In this document: positions 11,477 through 25,157 of the stretch, piece by piece | How the letters are laid out: each line of letters starts with the position of its first letter | How positions within the stretch are numbered: the first letter of the stretch is position 1 | NCBI RefSeq assembly: GCF_009834535.1 | Contig: NC_045696.1 | Span: 91,638,001-91,702,000, forward strand | Direction of reading: 5' to 3' | DNA: 64,000 bases | Source: Camelus ferus | Taxonomy: Eukaryota | Translations under genes and position numbers: made by a program | The notes under the pieces: model-generated | Databases searched by the model: none | The model's input: the letters and a program-made list of their open reading frames with translations, nothing else | What the model was told of the DNA's origin: nothing

Positions 11477-11615
11477 GGGGAGTATAGCTCAAGTGGTAGA
11501 GCACATGCTTAGCATGCAAGAGGTCCTGGTTTCAATTCTTAGATTGAATCTCCTCTAAAAAAATAAATAAGTAAACCTAATTACCTCCCCCGAAAGTAAA
11601 TAAAATTTAATAAAA
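11477..11615 (+). mobile_element. tRNA-Ala-derived SINE (Vic-1 type)
   Basis: 'ggggagtatagctcaagtggtagagcacatgcttagcatgcaagaggtcctggtttcaatt'; tail 'aaataaataagtaaacctaattacc' shared with the copy at 8347. Confidence 0.88.
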
Positions 11616-11619
11616 TATA

Positions 11620-11880
11620 TGTCTGTTGTCATTTGTGCTGGCCATTTCACCACTGAGGAGGCCATGGCATATTTACTAACTCACTCCCCTGCTGTTAGGC
11701 ATAGGAGTGGTTTCCAGTTTTCCACTATAAAACATAATACTGAAATGAGCATTTTTTCTTCATAAAGATTTTTCTGCTCTCTGTTGCCCTCCTTAGAATA
11801 GCTCACTAGAAGAGGAATTCTGGGTCAAAAGTAATGAACATTTTCCAAAGGCGTTTTGATGTGATGAGGTACCAGAGTAG
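11620..11880 (-). mobile_element. Old L1 (L1ME-like) fragment
   Basis: 'atatttactaactcactcccctgctgttaggcat...tttccagttttccactataaaacataatactgaaatgagcatt...tagaagaggaattctgggtcaaaag' is typical of an antisense L1 ORF2 3' part. Confidence 0.6.
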
Positions 11881-12300
11881 CACTAAAACAGTTTGGAGCC
11901 GTGGGGATTTCAAAAATAACTGTGACTGATACTGAGAAGATGGAAAGAGAGATGAGTGGCAGGGGGAATCCTTTTAGGGCTTTAGGGCCTTGTTCTGATA
12001 CTATAAATAAATAAATACATACACATATACCTAAATAAAATGTCAAAAATACACGAAACAATTGTATGCTTGAAGTCTTAGCCCTGGATTTTAACCAATT
12101 TTACTCACAGCCTACACTTAAGTAGAAAGTTGGGAGTGTATCTGGTGGGGGGTGACGACTGCTCACTCCAAGTGCAAATTGGAGCAACAGACCCCACACA
12201 ACTGGCGTCACAGTTCTGTGACTACAGAAGTAGAAAGGAGCTTACAAGTGTTCACCTTAACTTCTCCTTTTAGTTGAAGAAAAGGTCAGCACATCTAGTA

Positions 12301-12471
12301 CTGAGGTTCTTAACCTTAGGTGCATATTATAATCACGTAGGAAGATTTTTAAAAATCTAGGTTCCATCCCCAGATATTCTGATGTCATTGGTCTGAGGTG
12401 GGACCCAGGCATCTATACTATATACCAGTTCCTTAGGTGACAGTAATATGACCTAGGACTGAGAAGCCCTG
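12301..12471. mobile_element. MER5B-like DNA transposon
   Basis: 'ggttcttaaccttaggtgcatattataatcac...ccccagatattctgat...ggtctgaggtgggacccaggcatc...ggactgagaagccctg'. Confidence 0.7.
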
Positions 12472-12530
12472 GTATTGCAGGAAAAATATGGGTTTTTTTT
12501 TTTAATGTGGGGAAATGCACATTTTTCATC

Positions 12531-12628
12531 TTATTATTGTTATTATCATCAATGGCAGTGCTGGGGATAGAACCCAGGACCTCATGCATGCTGAGCATGT
12601 GCTCCACCATGAGCTACACCCTCCCCCC
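12531..12628 (-). mobile_element. tRNA-Ala-derived SINE (Vic-1 type)
   Basis: Reverse strand reads 'ggggggagggtgtagctcatggtggagcacatgctcagcatgcatgaggtcctgggttctatccccagcactgcc' plus an A-rich tail. Confidence 0.88.
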
Positions 12629-12631
12629 AAA

Positions 12632-12835
12632 AGTATGGGCTTCAGAGTCATTAGTATTTGGGTCAGATCCCAGCTTTGCCATTTATTAGCTGTATGATTT
12701 TGAGTAGATTAGGGATCTTTCTACTCCTTGGAATCCTCATTTGTAAGTCATAAGACTGTCATGAGGATTAAATGAAATACCATATATAAACTGTATTTCA
12801 GGGTTCCTGGCTCACACTTGGCATTCACAAATGTT
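12632..12835 (+). mobile_element. MIR SINE
   Basis: 'gggcttcagagtca...gggtcagatcccagctttgccatttattagctgtatgattttgag...atgaggattaaatgaaatac'. Confidence 0.75.
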
Positions 12836-14584
12836 GGGTTCTTTAGTATGTACCTAAGGCCTCATAGCTAGTTAGCCAATGGCAAAACTAGACCAGTCAG
12901 AACTATGCAGTGCAACCAGTAAGCACCCAGTGAATGCTTGTTGGTGTTCCCTTGATAGAATAATCTTTAAACATGAATATGCATGTTACTGAGAAGTTCA
13001 AAATCCATGTTGAGTTGGTATTAGAACAATAAGGCCTTACCTCTAAGAGATTTATCTCACTTGGCATTGATTTGCATCCCATTTTTAGATCTTCAGCTAA
13101 AAAGGAAACATTTTTATTCTGATTAAACAATTGATTATGACAGAACTCCTGATAGAAAACAATATACGTTTATAATTACATAAATGTATGAGAATGTTTA
13201 TGTAACTCATACAGAAATGTATATAATAAGCTAAAGATATATCAGTTAAAATGTCCTTCAAAAAACTGACATGAAAATTGTAAGACCCCTCAAGCAATGA
13301 GCTGACTAATAACTATTTCCCTTTTCACTGACTTTAGCTTAAAGGTCTTTAGCATAATATTTTCTGTCTCCATCCTATGATAGATGATAGACAGAAAGAC
13401 AGGGCTGGGTTTAGTTTCAAAAGACCTGAGATTGAGGTCTGGCTCTGCTATTCACTGTGTTCAAACCTTGGGTGATCATTTTTCTTTGCCCTGTGCTGCC
13501 TCTTGAGTAAAATGAGGGCCTTCACCACATGATCTAGTTTTAGCACAAAGTCAGTCTAGAGCTGTGATGCTGACCCAGTAGGACACAGTTATTCAGTATG
13601 CGTTAAGCACCTGCTGTGTGCCCAGCACTACGGTAGGAGGTCTTCTGGGAATGACAAAGCCCTGGGCCTTACGGGGAGTAGCTTGGAGTCTAGCTAGAAG
13701 AGAAAAATCCAACGTATGAGAAACAACTAGGGACCGATTTCCACCTAAGAGCTGTGATTTAGTCCAGCCAAGTATCTCTCGCAAGAAATAACCGGGAACA
13801 TCTAAGACATGACAATCACGGAGAAATGGAAGGGGGCTGAAATTCACTTTCTGCCTCTGAGCGCTTTATTTCTCTTTAGTCTCCGACACAAAGTCTGGGA
13901 TGGTAATAACCTGAAACAAAACCGTATAAAGCTGGATGCAGCCAGGCATTCCCTAACCGCACACTCCAGCCTTTGGTCCGTGTTCTACATCCCATTATTT
14001 TGTCCAGTTTCCAGCAGCCTTTGCAAGCCCCGGCTTGGCCCCATTCCTCTTTAGACCTTGTGTGCCTCCTACAGCTCTCAACAGAGCCCATACTGTGTAG
14101 AAGGTACACAAAGGGGCACAGTGTGCAAATGGCCATGTAGGAAGTGCGGCAGCAGGAATGTCTGAGCCGTGCCATCTCACAGATGGCCCCCAGGAGGGCA
14201 AGTCCCGAGCTGTGAGTCACAACCCTTGGCAGGGGTGAGCCTCTGAGAGACTGGTGGGCATTTTTGTCTGACGGCATTCTAAGCAACCCCCCAGTCCTTC
14301 AATTACCCATTTGTAACTATCTCTTCCAGCAGCTGAGGGTGGGGGGGAACAATCGTTGCAGCCCATATACAGAACCTCAAAACTAAAACTGTCTGGATTA
14401 TGAAGATAGAAGAGGAAGTTTGAGGGACTCAAAATGAAAGTTTAACAAGAGCTGCCTGTGAGCGTGTTGCTTCGGAAGCTCTTGGCGCATTGGAAGTGAT
14501 TTCCTTAACAACGGAAGGGAAATTGACCAGGGGCATGAGTGTTTCATTCACTTTTCAGATGAGTACAGTGGCGTTGCCAAGAGA

Positions 14585-14750
14585 AAGAGAATGTCTGCTC
14601 TAGTTCCGAGTTTCAGCCTTTAGCCCAGCCACACACTCCCTGTGTGTTCTTGGGCAACTCTTTTCATCTCCCTGGGTCTCAGTTTATCCATCTGTAAAAT
14701 GACTGTTTGATCCAGGTAAAACTGTATGGTCCTTCCTGACTGGAATATCC
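14585..14750 (+). mobile_element. MIR/MIR3 fragment
   Basis: 'tgtgtgttcttgggcaactc...ctccctgggtctcagtttatccatctgtaaaatg'. Confidence 0.65.
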
Positions 14751-16049
14751 TGCTTTTATGCAAACCATCCTGAAGGTTGCTAAATTTTGCACTGCTTCAC
14801 CCAGAGAGCTCTAACTTGTGCAAGAGATGAATAAAGTGGACTCATTGACTTTCTGACTAAGTGGGGCTGGGGCCCCTCCATGCTGCTGTGCTGTGCTGTG
14901 CTGTGTAGGCATGACGGGTCTCTGCCCCAGGGAAGAGAGAGCTATTTTGAGGCAGGGCTGATTAGAGATAAGGTGTCTCCTTTTTTCTCTGGGCTCTGGC
15001 CCTGACTCACCCAAAGTTCTTGGGCTTAGAGCTTAACCCTTAATGGAGGATGTAAGCTAAGCCCTCTGCTTGCCTAGGAAACAGACGCCCGATACACGGC
15101 TTCCCAAGCCCCTGCTTTATCAGTGTCCATTCAAACATTCTTTGACCTCTCCTTGCTTAGAGAGCGTCTTTGAAGAGCAGCCCTTGCCTGTAACCTCTCC
15201 CCTTGACATCTCTTGTTTGCTCTTTCCTGTTATTACCAGTCTTCTGGGTTATATAAAGGAGAACGTCTCCATAATCCTCTTAACAGCAAAGAAATCTGGC
15301 CACCCCTGTTAGGTAAGGGGATGGAAGTGTCACAAGATTGTTGAAAAAGGCACTGGGTAAAGCTGCAGAATACTTTCTCATGGAAAAACCCAGAACATGA
15401 ATGACACAAAAGACCACTAGAGTTATGCTGTTTTTAGTGCCAACAAAATTAACCTATAAGGCATGATTATCCTAATATTTTAATTTAAAAATTTCTTTAA
15501 GTCAACATATATTTTAAAAAAGATATGTTACAAAGTGCTTGAGATTTTTTCCTTTTCCTTTTTTTTCCATTTATTTCCACTCTTGGTGTGTTATCTTTGA
15601 TTGATATGCTTATTTTTTGGCTTGGGAATGCTGAAAGCGCCCTTGTGACACTTGACATGACAGGACTGTGAGGCCGTGGCTTGGGCTGTGCCTGATTTTA
15701 TTCCGCTGCTTCACTCCTAACAAGCTGGATGCAGATGGAATTGTTAAAAACTGACTCATTTTTCAAAGACACTTGAGAGAGTTCACCTCTTTAAAAATAA
15801 TGTGCACCAAAGCCCTTTCTAATGAGAATGATCACCCCTCTGTTTGTTTTGAAAATCAAGGTTTTTTGAATTTTAAGTTTTCTTGAAGTAAGAGACAAAG
15901 CCCGTGGAGAGCACTGCTCTGAAAAGAGCTATAGAGTCACAATGACCCAAGACCATGAGAAAATTAAACACACTTCTTTGAAGTTCTCTTTCTTACCTGT
16001 GAAAATAGAATTGTGGGTGTGTGTTGAATTCACAGCTGTGGAGCTGGAT

Positions 16050-16230
16050 CAGGGAACAAAAAGAGGCCAGCTGGGGCTCCAGGAGCCCGAGGTCCACTTC
16101 AGGCTCTGTCCCCACCAGCTGCGTGACCTTGAACACGTCGCTTTCTGCTCTGTGCCTTGGTTTCCTCATCTATAACATGGGAATTTTGTACACAATGGCT
16201 TCTAAGTCCCTCTCAGTTCTAATATTTTAG
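16050..16230 (+). mobile_element. MIR/MIR3 fragment
   Basis: 'cagctgcgtgaccttgaacacgtc...ctctgtgccttggtttcctcatctataacatggg'. Confidence 0.7.
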
Positions 16231-16374
16231 GATTTGAGCAGTTTATTATTTGGAAGCAGCTACAAAAAAGAAGTTGGTGGTATTAGTTTCGAATCAAGTT
16301 ACAAAGCAGCTAGTTGGGGCCAGTGCCATCTTGGGGCTGTGTTAGGCCTTCTGTAAGTTATGAATTCAAGCATC

Positions 16375-16500
16375 CTTTTGCTTAACAAACATTTATGAGC
16401 ACCTACTGTATGCCAGGCTCTGCACTAAGGATCAGGGAAACAGAAATGAATAAAGCCCAGCACTTGTAAGAGATCTCTGAGTTACACAGAGGACACAGGC
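16375..16500 (-). mobile_element. L2 3' end
   Basis: 'aacaaacatttatgagcacctactgtatgccaggctctgcactaagg' is the hallmark antisense L2 terminus. Confidence 0.75.
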
Positions 16501-16881
16501 ATGTGAAAACTCACCAACCCCCCCCAACCCATTATTTACGTATTTAATCCATTAGACTCTCAGATTCCTGATTACCAAGTTATATACCAGAGACATTTCC
16601 CACCCCACCTGCTCAGTTTTACCTCATGCCTCAAAGTCACTGGGTTGAAGTGAAGCCAGGGGTTACTATTGATTGTTTTAAAATTTTTATCATGGAAATT
16701 TTAAATGAAAGAGAGAGAAGGAGAGAGAACCATTATGTAAACATTCCTCAGCTTCAATAATGATTAACCTTTTTAATCTGTACCTTCCCTCAACCCCAGA
16801 TTATTTTGAGGCAAACCAAAGACATCATATCATTTCATCTGTAGATATTTTAAGAATGTATTACTCAAAAACAATGGTTCT

Positions 16882-17336
16882 TGCAATAAAGAATGAAATA
16901 ATGCCATCTGCAGCAACATGGAGGGATGTAGAGATTATCATAGTGAAGTCAGTCAGAGAAAGACAAATATCATATGATATCACTTATGTGTGGAATCTAA
17001 CAAAAACAACACAAATGAACTTATTTACAAAACAGAAACAGGCTCACAGACATAGAAAACAAACTTGTGGTTACCAAAGAGGAAGGGGTGGGGAGGGATA
17101 AATTAGGAGTTTGGGGTTAGCAGATTCAAACTGCTGTATATACAACAGAGAAACAATAAGGACCTACTCTATAGCACAAGGAACTATCTTCAATACCTTA
17201 TAATAACCTATGATGAAAAAGAATATAAAAAAGAATATATTTATACATATGTTTAACTGAATCACTATGCTGTACACCAGAAACTAACATAGCATTGCAA
17301 ATCAACTATGTTACAACAAACAAGCAAACAAACAAA
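16882..17336 (+). mobile_element. 5'-truncated L1 (cetartiodactyl-type end of ORF2 and 3' UTR)
   Basis: 'aagaatgaaataatgccatctgcagcaacatgg' (translates AIKNEIMPSAATW)...'ctactctatagcacaaggaactat...gaatcactatgctgtacaccagaaactaac' followed by an (AAAC)n tail. Confidence 0.92.
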
Positions 17337-18096
17337 ACCACAGTGGTTCCCTTTTAAAGGACATCCTATAATGTTTGCAGTGGCTGTTTCTGGCAATACA
17401 GTGATCTGCAGGCTGGCAATATAGGTGTTTTCCCTTTAAAAAAATTCATCAGGGGTACACATATGATTTGTTTCAGTGTATGTATTATGCTTCAATAAAA
17501 AGATAAACAAAGTAAAACCACAACATCATTCCCACACCTGTTAAAAATCTAACAGTCAGCCTAGAGTGACCACATCTTTGCTTCTGCCTGGAAGACACTT
17601 AGCATCTAGCTTTCCCAGTATTTCAAACTATGTCTCCAATATGTGTCTCATTAGAAAGTGAATTATGACAGTTGTGACATAAAGGTGTACATCTCTAGTT
17701 TGTAAAAAAAATAACGATAATAATACTTTGATACTCAGTCTCTAATTAATGAGGGACAATTTTAAACAATGTGGGGATTCAGCACTGAAGATGGGTGGAG
17801 GGCATGAAGAGGGGAAGGGACACCCAGCATGGCCTGGAGTTGGGGTGGGGGACCCTGCTGGTTGCAGAAGCAGCGTCCACAGACACTCGTGGGCGTTCAC
17901 AACACACACACAACAGGCAGTGAGCGTGGCCTCAGAGGACAGACATTTGGACCAGAGGAGAGAGTTTCAGGGTCAGCTCTGGGCTCCCTGTGATGAGACG
18001 GTCAAGGACTGCCCTGTCTGCCCACAGCGCAGGGAGGCCTGGGGCGCTTGGCGCTCTTAGAGCTGCTCCGGGCTGGGCCACCCTGGACCTACCCTG

Positions 18097-18125
18097 GCGC
18101 GCGTGCACACACACACACACACACA
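18097..18125. repeat. (GC)n-(CA)n alternating purine-pyrimidine microsatellite
   Basis: gcgcgcgtgc followed by a CA dinucleotide run. Confidence 0.9.
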
Positions 18126-19439
18126 TTCATCCCACAGAAATGGGTGAAATGGCGGTGCTTTTTGGCTACTAAGTTTGGGCTGGGCTGCTGTACAGCAGAA
18201 GTCAATTGCTACCTTCCCAGCTCCTACACCCGCCTGGGTACACTCCTCCCCGGGGGGCTACAATATTACCAGCTTGTGCAGCCTTCCAACAGTCTGCACA
18301 AACAAGCATGTAAATATTCTCCCTTCCCCCCACCCCCCCCCTCCTTTTTAACAAACGATAACACACAGTTCCTAACCTGATCATATTTGTTGGACGTAAC
18401 TGTCTTTTGGACATCATTTCCCACCAGTGCACGAGGGGCTGTGCAGCACACGGTTGTATGCACACACCAAACATTTTAAAAATTAGGCCTTGGTTGATGG
18501 CATCTAGACCGTTTCCAGTCTTCTCTTTCCAGCTATGTCGCAACGAACACAACCGCCTAGGACTCCATCCTCTGCACATATTTCTGCAGGACAAATCCTA
18601 GCTGCAGCTCACAGGATACACGTGCAGTGGGACATAAGCTGGAGGGAAGGGAAAAGCTTTCTGTTCATCAGTTCACCCTTTGTCCTGGGCCATGGCTGTC
18701 CCACTACACATCCCCACCATGTCCCCTCCTGTCTCCTCTGTTGACAAGGGCGAAGCTGCCAGGCCCAGGAACGAGCCCTCTGGAGTCTGCCCAGCTCATC
18801 TGGCCCTCTACCACCCGGGACAGCACAGTGAGGGGTGGTCTGACCCCCTGCCTCCCTTCCAAGCACTAGAATGTGAAAACACGGATGGGAGAAGCTTCTG
18901 GGAACTGCACAACTGTGCTTGATTCTCGAGACAGTTGAAATGATTTACTGAGAGACACTAACGAGGCCAATAAAGGCAAGAGTCCTGGGGCAAACAGACA
19001 AGAGTCTAGAGCAGCAGGACAAAGGGGCCCATGTGGAGTGAATTCTAATTAAACACCCCGCCCCCACCTAACCCCCCAGGCCATGAACCCCAAGGAATAC
19101 TCTAGCCGCAGACCTAAACAAAGCAGAGCAGACTGGCTATGAAGTGTCCCCTCTGACTCTGGAGGAGGATAGACACCGAGCACTGGCACCCGTGCTAGGG
19201 ACCCAGGGGCCAAGTCCACGCCCACCTGCCTGGTTTTCAGCTGGCTCCCCTCTTCCCATTTCCATCATCCCAAGACCCACTTCTTAAAAGGCTGGGGCTG
19301 GATCTCCCTGCTTCCTGGGAGGAAACAAGTTCCCAGAAGAGACTGAAACCCCACCATGACCTGCTGCCCTCTGAGTGTGGCCCCCGAGGCCCAGAGCTGG
19401 GAGTTGCTGTCTTTCTCCCACACCCTCCGCCATCCGCCC

Positions 19440-19800
19440 TCTCTTCTGCTTGGCCGAGCTCGGCATCTGCCCTGTTCCTTGTCAACACTTACGTAAACCT
19501 CCCCCTTCCTCCCGACTCTCAGCCTCATGACTTTGCTCGCAGACCCCTGTCGTGGCTGCTGATTTGGCAGGTGGCGCCCGCCAGTTCAGTCCCAGATGTG
19601 GCTGGCCCTCCTCCGCCCGGATGTGGGGAGAATCCTGGGCTGGGAGCTCCCGGAGCAGGGAGACAATTCTGTCCACACCTGATAAGACTGACGCCAAGGT
19701 GAGGTCAGAGCCGGGCGAGGAGTCCGCCAGGCCCGGGGCAGATAACCTGAGGGTGCGCCGGGTCCTCGGTGGGTCTTGGGAAGGAGAATACCTGCATGAG
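19440..19800. promoter_or_regulatory. CpG-rich element, candidate bidirectional promoter or enhancer
   Basis: CpG-rich; TTACGTAA 19489-19496; CTCF-like GGCAGGTGGCGCCC 19566-19579; ETS CCGGATGT; GATA TGATAAG; donors on both strands. Confidence 0.55.
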
Positions 19801-20254
19801 CCAAAAAGTAAACTCCGAGGAACAGGCAGGAAGGAACAGGGGATGGAAAGGAAGCCTGTGAGGGGGAAGCTGTAATGTGGTCGTAGGGATCTCCTAGGGG
19901 CCTCCATCTGCCCACACTCAAGGCTTTTATCTCCAAAGCTGCAGACACTTGGCAGTATTTTATCTCTCGCTTCCTGTATCTCGGATGCTTGAGCTGTTGG
20001 ATTGCTACACACTGCTCTGGGCTTTATGTACTCCCTGCCTGGGTTCCTCACTCCTGGAGAGGGTGGGCAGGGTGTCTCTTAATCTTCCTGCTTAAAAAAA
20101 TAGATCTTTAATAAATACTTGTTAGCTCATGCCTTTAAAAAAATCACAACTCCACTTTCCGGGTGGAACTTAGTTTGGATGATACTAAATGGCTACTGTC
20201 AACTGAGGAACAGTGTGCTGATGTTACCCAGTTGAACCTCTCTGCCTCCATTTA

Positions 20255-20380
20255 GTGGGGGAGAAAAGGAAGCCACAGAGAGGCTGAAAGTCTTGCCCGA
20301 GCTCACACAACTTGCAAGAGGTTGGGCTGAGGTTTGAACCCTAGTCTGAAGGACTCCCGAGTTCAGGCTCCTTTCCCTCA
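20255..20380 (-). mobile_element. MIR fragment
   Basis: 'gaagccacagagaggctgaaagtcttgcccgagctcacacaactt...ggctgaggtttgaaccctag'. Confidence 0.65.
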
Positions 20381-23300
20381 GCACCCGAATGCTGCTCTGA
20401 GGCTGAGGGGGAAAACACTAAAGTTGGGAGCAAAATACCGCCAGGGGATCAGACTTCCTCTCCTCCCACTCGTTGCTATGGGTTATGGGCCCATGATGGG
20501 CCCCTGCACCAGGGCCATCTCTGGCATCACGTGGAGGGCAGGAAGCAGCAGCCCACGGTAAGTACAAGCAGGGCCCGGGCGACATCTGGTTTTGCACATA
20601 CATACCAGTGGGAGAGCCGAGAAGGGCAAACCTCTTCCCCGCTCCCCTGCCGTGAACTGTGGCTTGTTCTGGGTTAGAGAGGGAGGCTCACACAAATGCT
20701 GGCCGAATACTTCTAAGGCTACCTAAATGGCACTAAAATGGTAATAAAAATAATACACCATCAGATTCTTTCCCTTTATTCTAATCCCAAGTCTCAGAAC
20801 CTGTGTGGCTGTGGGCAATGTGGGCAAGTTGTATAACCTCCCCAAGGCTCGTCTCTTCACTTTCAAAACAGGCTCAGAACTGCAATGTGTTATAAAATCC
20901 AACACTGCACAAATGTTTGATGCTTGAGTAAACGAAATTTAGGGATTGTCCCACTTTTTTTTGCATCTCCTGTAGCACCTAGCATGTTCTGGACTTACGT
21001 GTAATTAATGAGTATTTGTGATTTTGAGGTTGTCTTTAAAGTTAAGAATGAGGGCAAGCCTCATCTAAAACAAAACAAAACATTAGCTCCACTTAAACAT
21101 GGAAAAACTCCTGTTAAGAGAGAGCCTGCAATTTGCTTCAGGACCCACGGGGAGTTGCGGTATTGGAATTAATAATAAAGATCTGTTAGTTCTCTGCCCT
21201 TTCCCCAGCCTCCTTCTAAGACGTAATGTGGAATCCTGCTGTTTCTGCTCCAGATAAATCAATAATAATCTTCAACCCAGTGAGAGGCAAGTCCTGGGGA
21301 CATACTCCCAAGTTCACGGCGCTGCTGAAATCAGATTTCTTGGAACCCATTTACGAGCGGCTTTGCCAGATTGCTTACTGAGCCTAAAATACTGCCCACG
21401 TGTGGCAACCTTGACTTGGCTGTTTCCATGAGTCCTCTGTTCCCTTAAACGTGCCCAACGTTTCCAAGTCACACGACAGGGACTGGGCTTCATCTTTATC
21501 TTACTGGTAATGACGGTCCAGATTCGGCCCGTTCTCTGTGCACTGCTCACTTCCCGGCATCGATTCTGCTCTGACGGGAGCAGAGAGGGCGGGGGAGGGG
21601 CTGCAGGTGCCCTCTGAGGGTGGACGCCTTCTCTTCTCCGTTCCTCCACTGGGGCTACTTCTGGGTAGAACTTTTTCTCCTGCTTTCTACCTACTTATCC
21701 ATTTGTTTATTCCCCCACTTACTTAAATGAACAAACTGAGTCCCTGTAGAAGGGAGCACCGTGGTGGCTGTGGGGGTACAGAAAAGGTGTACACAGAGGG
21801 AGGATTTGCACTTCGCTTTCAAAGAGCTGAATGCAGACAGAGAAAAAAGACATGAACCTAAGAGTGCTAACACCCTCAAACGCCAGCAGTATGATTATCT
21901 CCAGGGTGCAGACTGAGAAATTTTTATGCTCTTCTTTGTGGGTGTCTGTGTTTCTCATTTTTCTTTCAATGAGCATATATCAGTATTTGTGTAATAAAAG
22001 TTATTCAAAAGCTGACTACACTGTGAACAGGTGCTGAGTGCACGGGGAGGTGCAGATGAAAACACTGGACAGGCAGAGAGGAGGAAAGTGTCATTTCCAG
22101 CCCCAAAGGATTTGAAGAGGCTTCTGGAAAAGGTCATTGTTGAGTTGGGACTTCAGTTGGAGGGAGACCTTGCAGTGGGCACCTGTGGGGTGGTCTGCCT
22201 AGCCCTCCTCTCCTCCCTCCTGACTAGCTCCCTCTCTGTGGTCCTCAAGGAGCTGCCTCATTCCTAGATGACCTTGCCCTCATCCTCATGGTATCCTTAA
22301 GAAGGGCCCTGCCTGAAAGCTTGGAAGGGCCCATCTTGGGGGCAAGCAGGAAAGCTAGAGGCACAGGTGTTAGAGGTGAGGGTTAGAGGCTGTGCCCCCT
22401 GCCCTCGCTCTACAGATTCCCTGACTGAACCAAGGACAGGCGGCTGGAACCCAGGCCTTGGACAATTTCAGCCATGCTACATACTGATGTGGTGGCCCCA
22501 CACTCAAGTCATTTCAACCCCTCATCTTCTGCCCTCAACCCCACCTTGGCTTCAACATCTTGTCCACCTGGAAATAGTGTTCAGAGAACAGCAGCAGCCA
22601 CCCAGCTCAGGTGTTTCACCTCAGGTGTCCCTGACCCCAAAACACAGGCTCAGCCTGATCGATTGGCCTGACTGTGACTCTCTGGCCAAAGGGTGCTGTC
22701 TGGCCACGCGGGTGGAGGTGGCAAGATCACGTGGTTTGTTTCTGTCCTATGCTCACTCAGTTACCTTAGCAACAGGAGACGAGGAGGCAAAGCACCACTT
22801 ACCAAGGCTTCATCCATTGATCCCTCGAGAGGCGTAAGTGGAGGGCGCTCCTGGGAGTCAGGTGGCGGGGGGGGGGGGGTCCTACTGGGCTCTGCTGGCC
22901 CCTGTCTGGCTGCTCCCCACAAGTCCTCCCTGGGCCTCTCCTAAACGGTCCTCTGGGGAGAAGACTTTCTGTTCTCAGTGGCTTTGGCAACCATTTGTTG
23001 GCCAATCTTCTGCGGCTTAACTTGTCCCTCACCACCTGTGATGGAGAAATGTCTACTGACCAAACAGATGATTGGGCAGGCCTTCAGCTGGGGAAGGAGG
23101 AAAATAGCTTTGGTCCCAGAGCTTGAACATATAAAAGAAAAGAGATTGAGGTCAAAAATAATTATGAGCAGCTCAACTCTACAAATATCTGTAACAATAA
23201 AAATAGTATCTTCAGTGTGGTCTTTGAAATCTTCAGAGAACTTTCACATCCATTCTCATGTCATGTTCTGATAACCATCCAGGGAGGCAGGCAGAGAAGA

Positions 23301-24723
23301 CAGGATGACCTCCGTGCTGCAGTGGAGGGTGCTGAGGCCCAGGGAGGCTGAAGATCCCAGGGTTTCTTGGGCAACTGCTGAGCCAGACCTGGACCTCTGC
23401 CTCCTGGCCTCGGGACCTTTCCCTTGGACATGACCCATGAGAGCTATTACAAAGCAGAAGCATTCTCCAACCTTATTTGTGGTCTTGATTCTTGGACTAA
23501 GCAGATGTCAAAACCTTTCTGAAGACAGAAAACAAAGATGCATTCATCCAACAAACAATACTGAGCATCTAGCATGTGCCAAGCTCTGGGCTAGGCACTG
23601 AGGACTGAAAAACGAAAGATGCGGCCTCTGTCCCTGAGCAGCTCTGTCTATTAGGCACTTGCGCTTGCTTAATTAAATCTCCCATGTTGGTATTGGATGG
23701 AATCACCAACCATGAGATCCTCCCAAGTAAAACCTCCCACCCTGCAACCATTTTTGTAACCCAACAGAATTCCACCAGGCTGCACCTGTGCTCGGAAAAG
23801 GCACACTTCTCCTCAGATTCCTGGGAGGAAAACCAGGAACAGGGAGCAAAGATGAACAGCCTTAAGCAGATGTTAAAGCCACCTGTGGCTCTGGGATGAG
23901 AGAGGCCCCTGGCTTGGTGAGGAAGTGCTTCCTGGAAACCAGTGGGGAGTAGCCGGTCAGACCCAGGCTGAGGGGCTGACAGGGACCCGGAGAGGCAGCC
24001 TTGAGAAGAGATGCAAAGGGAAGTTGGAAGGAAACCTGAAGTCCTTCCTTTGAACATGCACAGCCATTAAAGTCCTGTTTCCACAGATGGGGATTTGGGG
24101 GCCACACTCCACCTGCAGCAAACCATTTTCTGACCTGATGTGTAGAATCTTAGAGGCAAAGGCTTAAAGATCCAATGTGGCTTGACAATGTGGGGTTTGT
24201 CACTGAAGCCTGAGGAAAAGTGTTCAGTGTTTAACCTCTGCATAATCTGTAGCCCAGCACTTACTGTGGGTTACACTGGGTAGACCTGAAGACACAGTGA
24301 AAGGGATTCAGAAAAACCCACGACTGAGCGAGTTCACGGTACAAGCAGGAACATCAGAAGGCAAATTAGGGCCCACATGGTTTCGGTTTTAGTGTACAGG
24401 GACATAACCCGTAACACAGGAAAAGAAGTTCTTGCTTTGTTGTTTTGCTTATTAAGACCACTTCTACATTAGCCCATCTTTAAAACATCAGAGAAATGCT
24501 CCAAGAGCCCGACCACTGATGCAAGTGACAAATGGGGTTGAATTATCCTCATGTTATAATCATGGAAAATTAGACCTGGGAAGTGGAAGAGGCCTTAGAG
24601 ATCATCTAATTCACCGATTTTATTTCTCTATGAAGAATCTGAAGACTCCGTCATAAAGATAATAAGCCTGGTTACCTACCACTTGTTGGTCCCCTACTCA
24701 GGACCCAGTGCCTGTGTAAAGAA

Positions 24724-25157
24724 CGTATACCAGTTCCCTGGGGCAGCTGAAACAAGGCAGCACAAATGACCGGGGGGGGGGGGGTCCTGGGGGCTGGAAG
24801 TTTGAGACCAAGGTGCCGGCAGAGCTGGTTCCTGCTGAGGGCTGAGCAAGAGAAGCAGCTCCACGCTGTGCGCTTCCAGCTTCTGGTGCCCTGCTGACAT
24901 CCCGGGCCTCCCTAGCTTGTGGAAGCATCGCCCTGCCCTCCGCCTTCACGTTCGCATGGCATTCTCCCTGAGTACATGTCTGTCTGTGTCCTCTTTTTTT
25001 AAATAAGGACCCCAGTCAGACTGCATTAGGGTCCACCCTAATGACCTCATCTTCAATTAACTAACTGTATCTGCAAAGACCCTAATAGGTCATATTCTGA
25101 AGCAGTGGAGTTATCTCAACATACGAATTTTAGGGGGACACAATTCAACCCGTAACA
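24724..25157 (-). mobile_element. Solo MaLR LTR, MLT1C-like
   Basis: 'ctggaagtttgagaccaaggtgccggcagagctggttcc...ataaggaccccagtca...caccctaatgacctcatctt...gggggacacaattcaacccgtaaca'. Confidence 0.88.

Noticed and set aside
16760..17101. ORF containing AIKNEIMPSAATW
   Set aside because: It is a remnant of the L1 ORF2 C-terminus, not a host gene.
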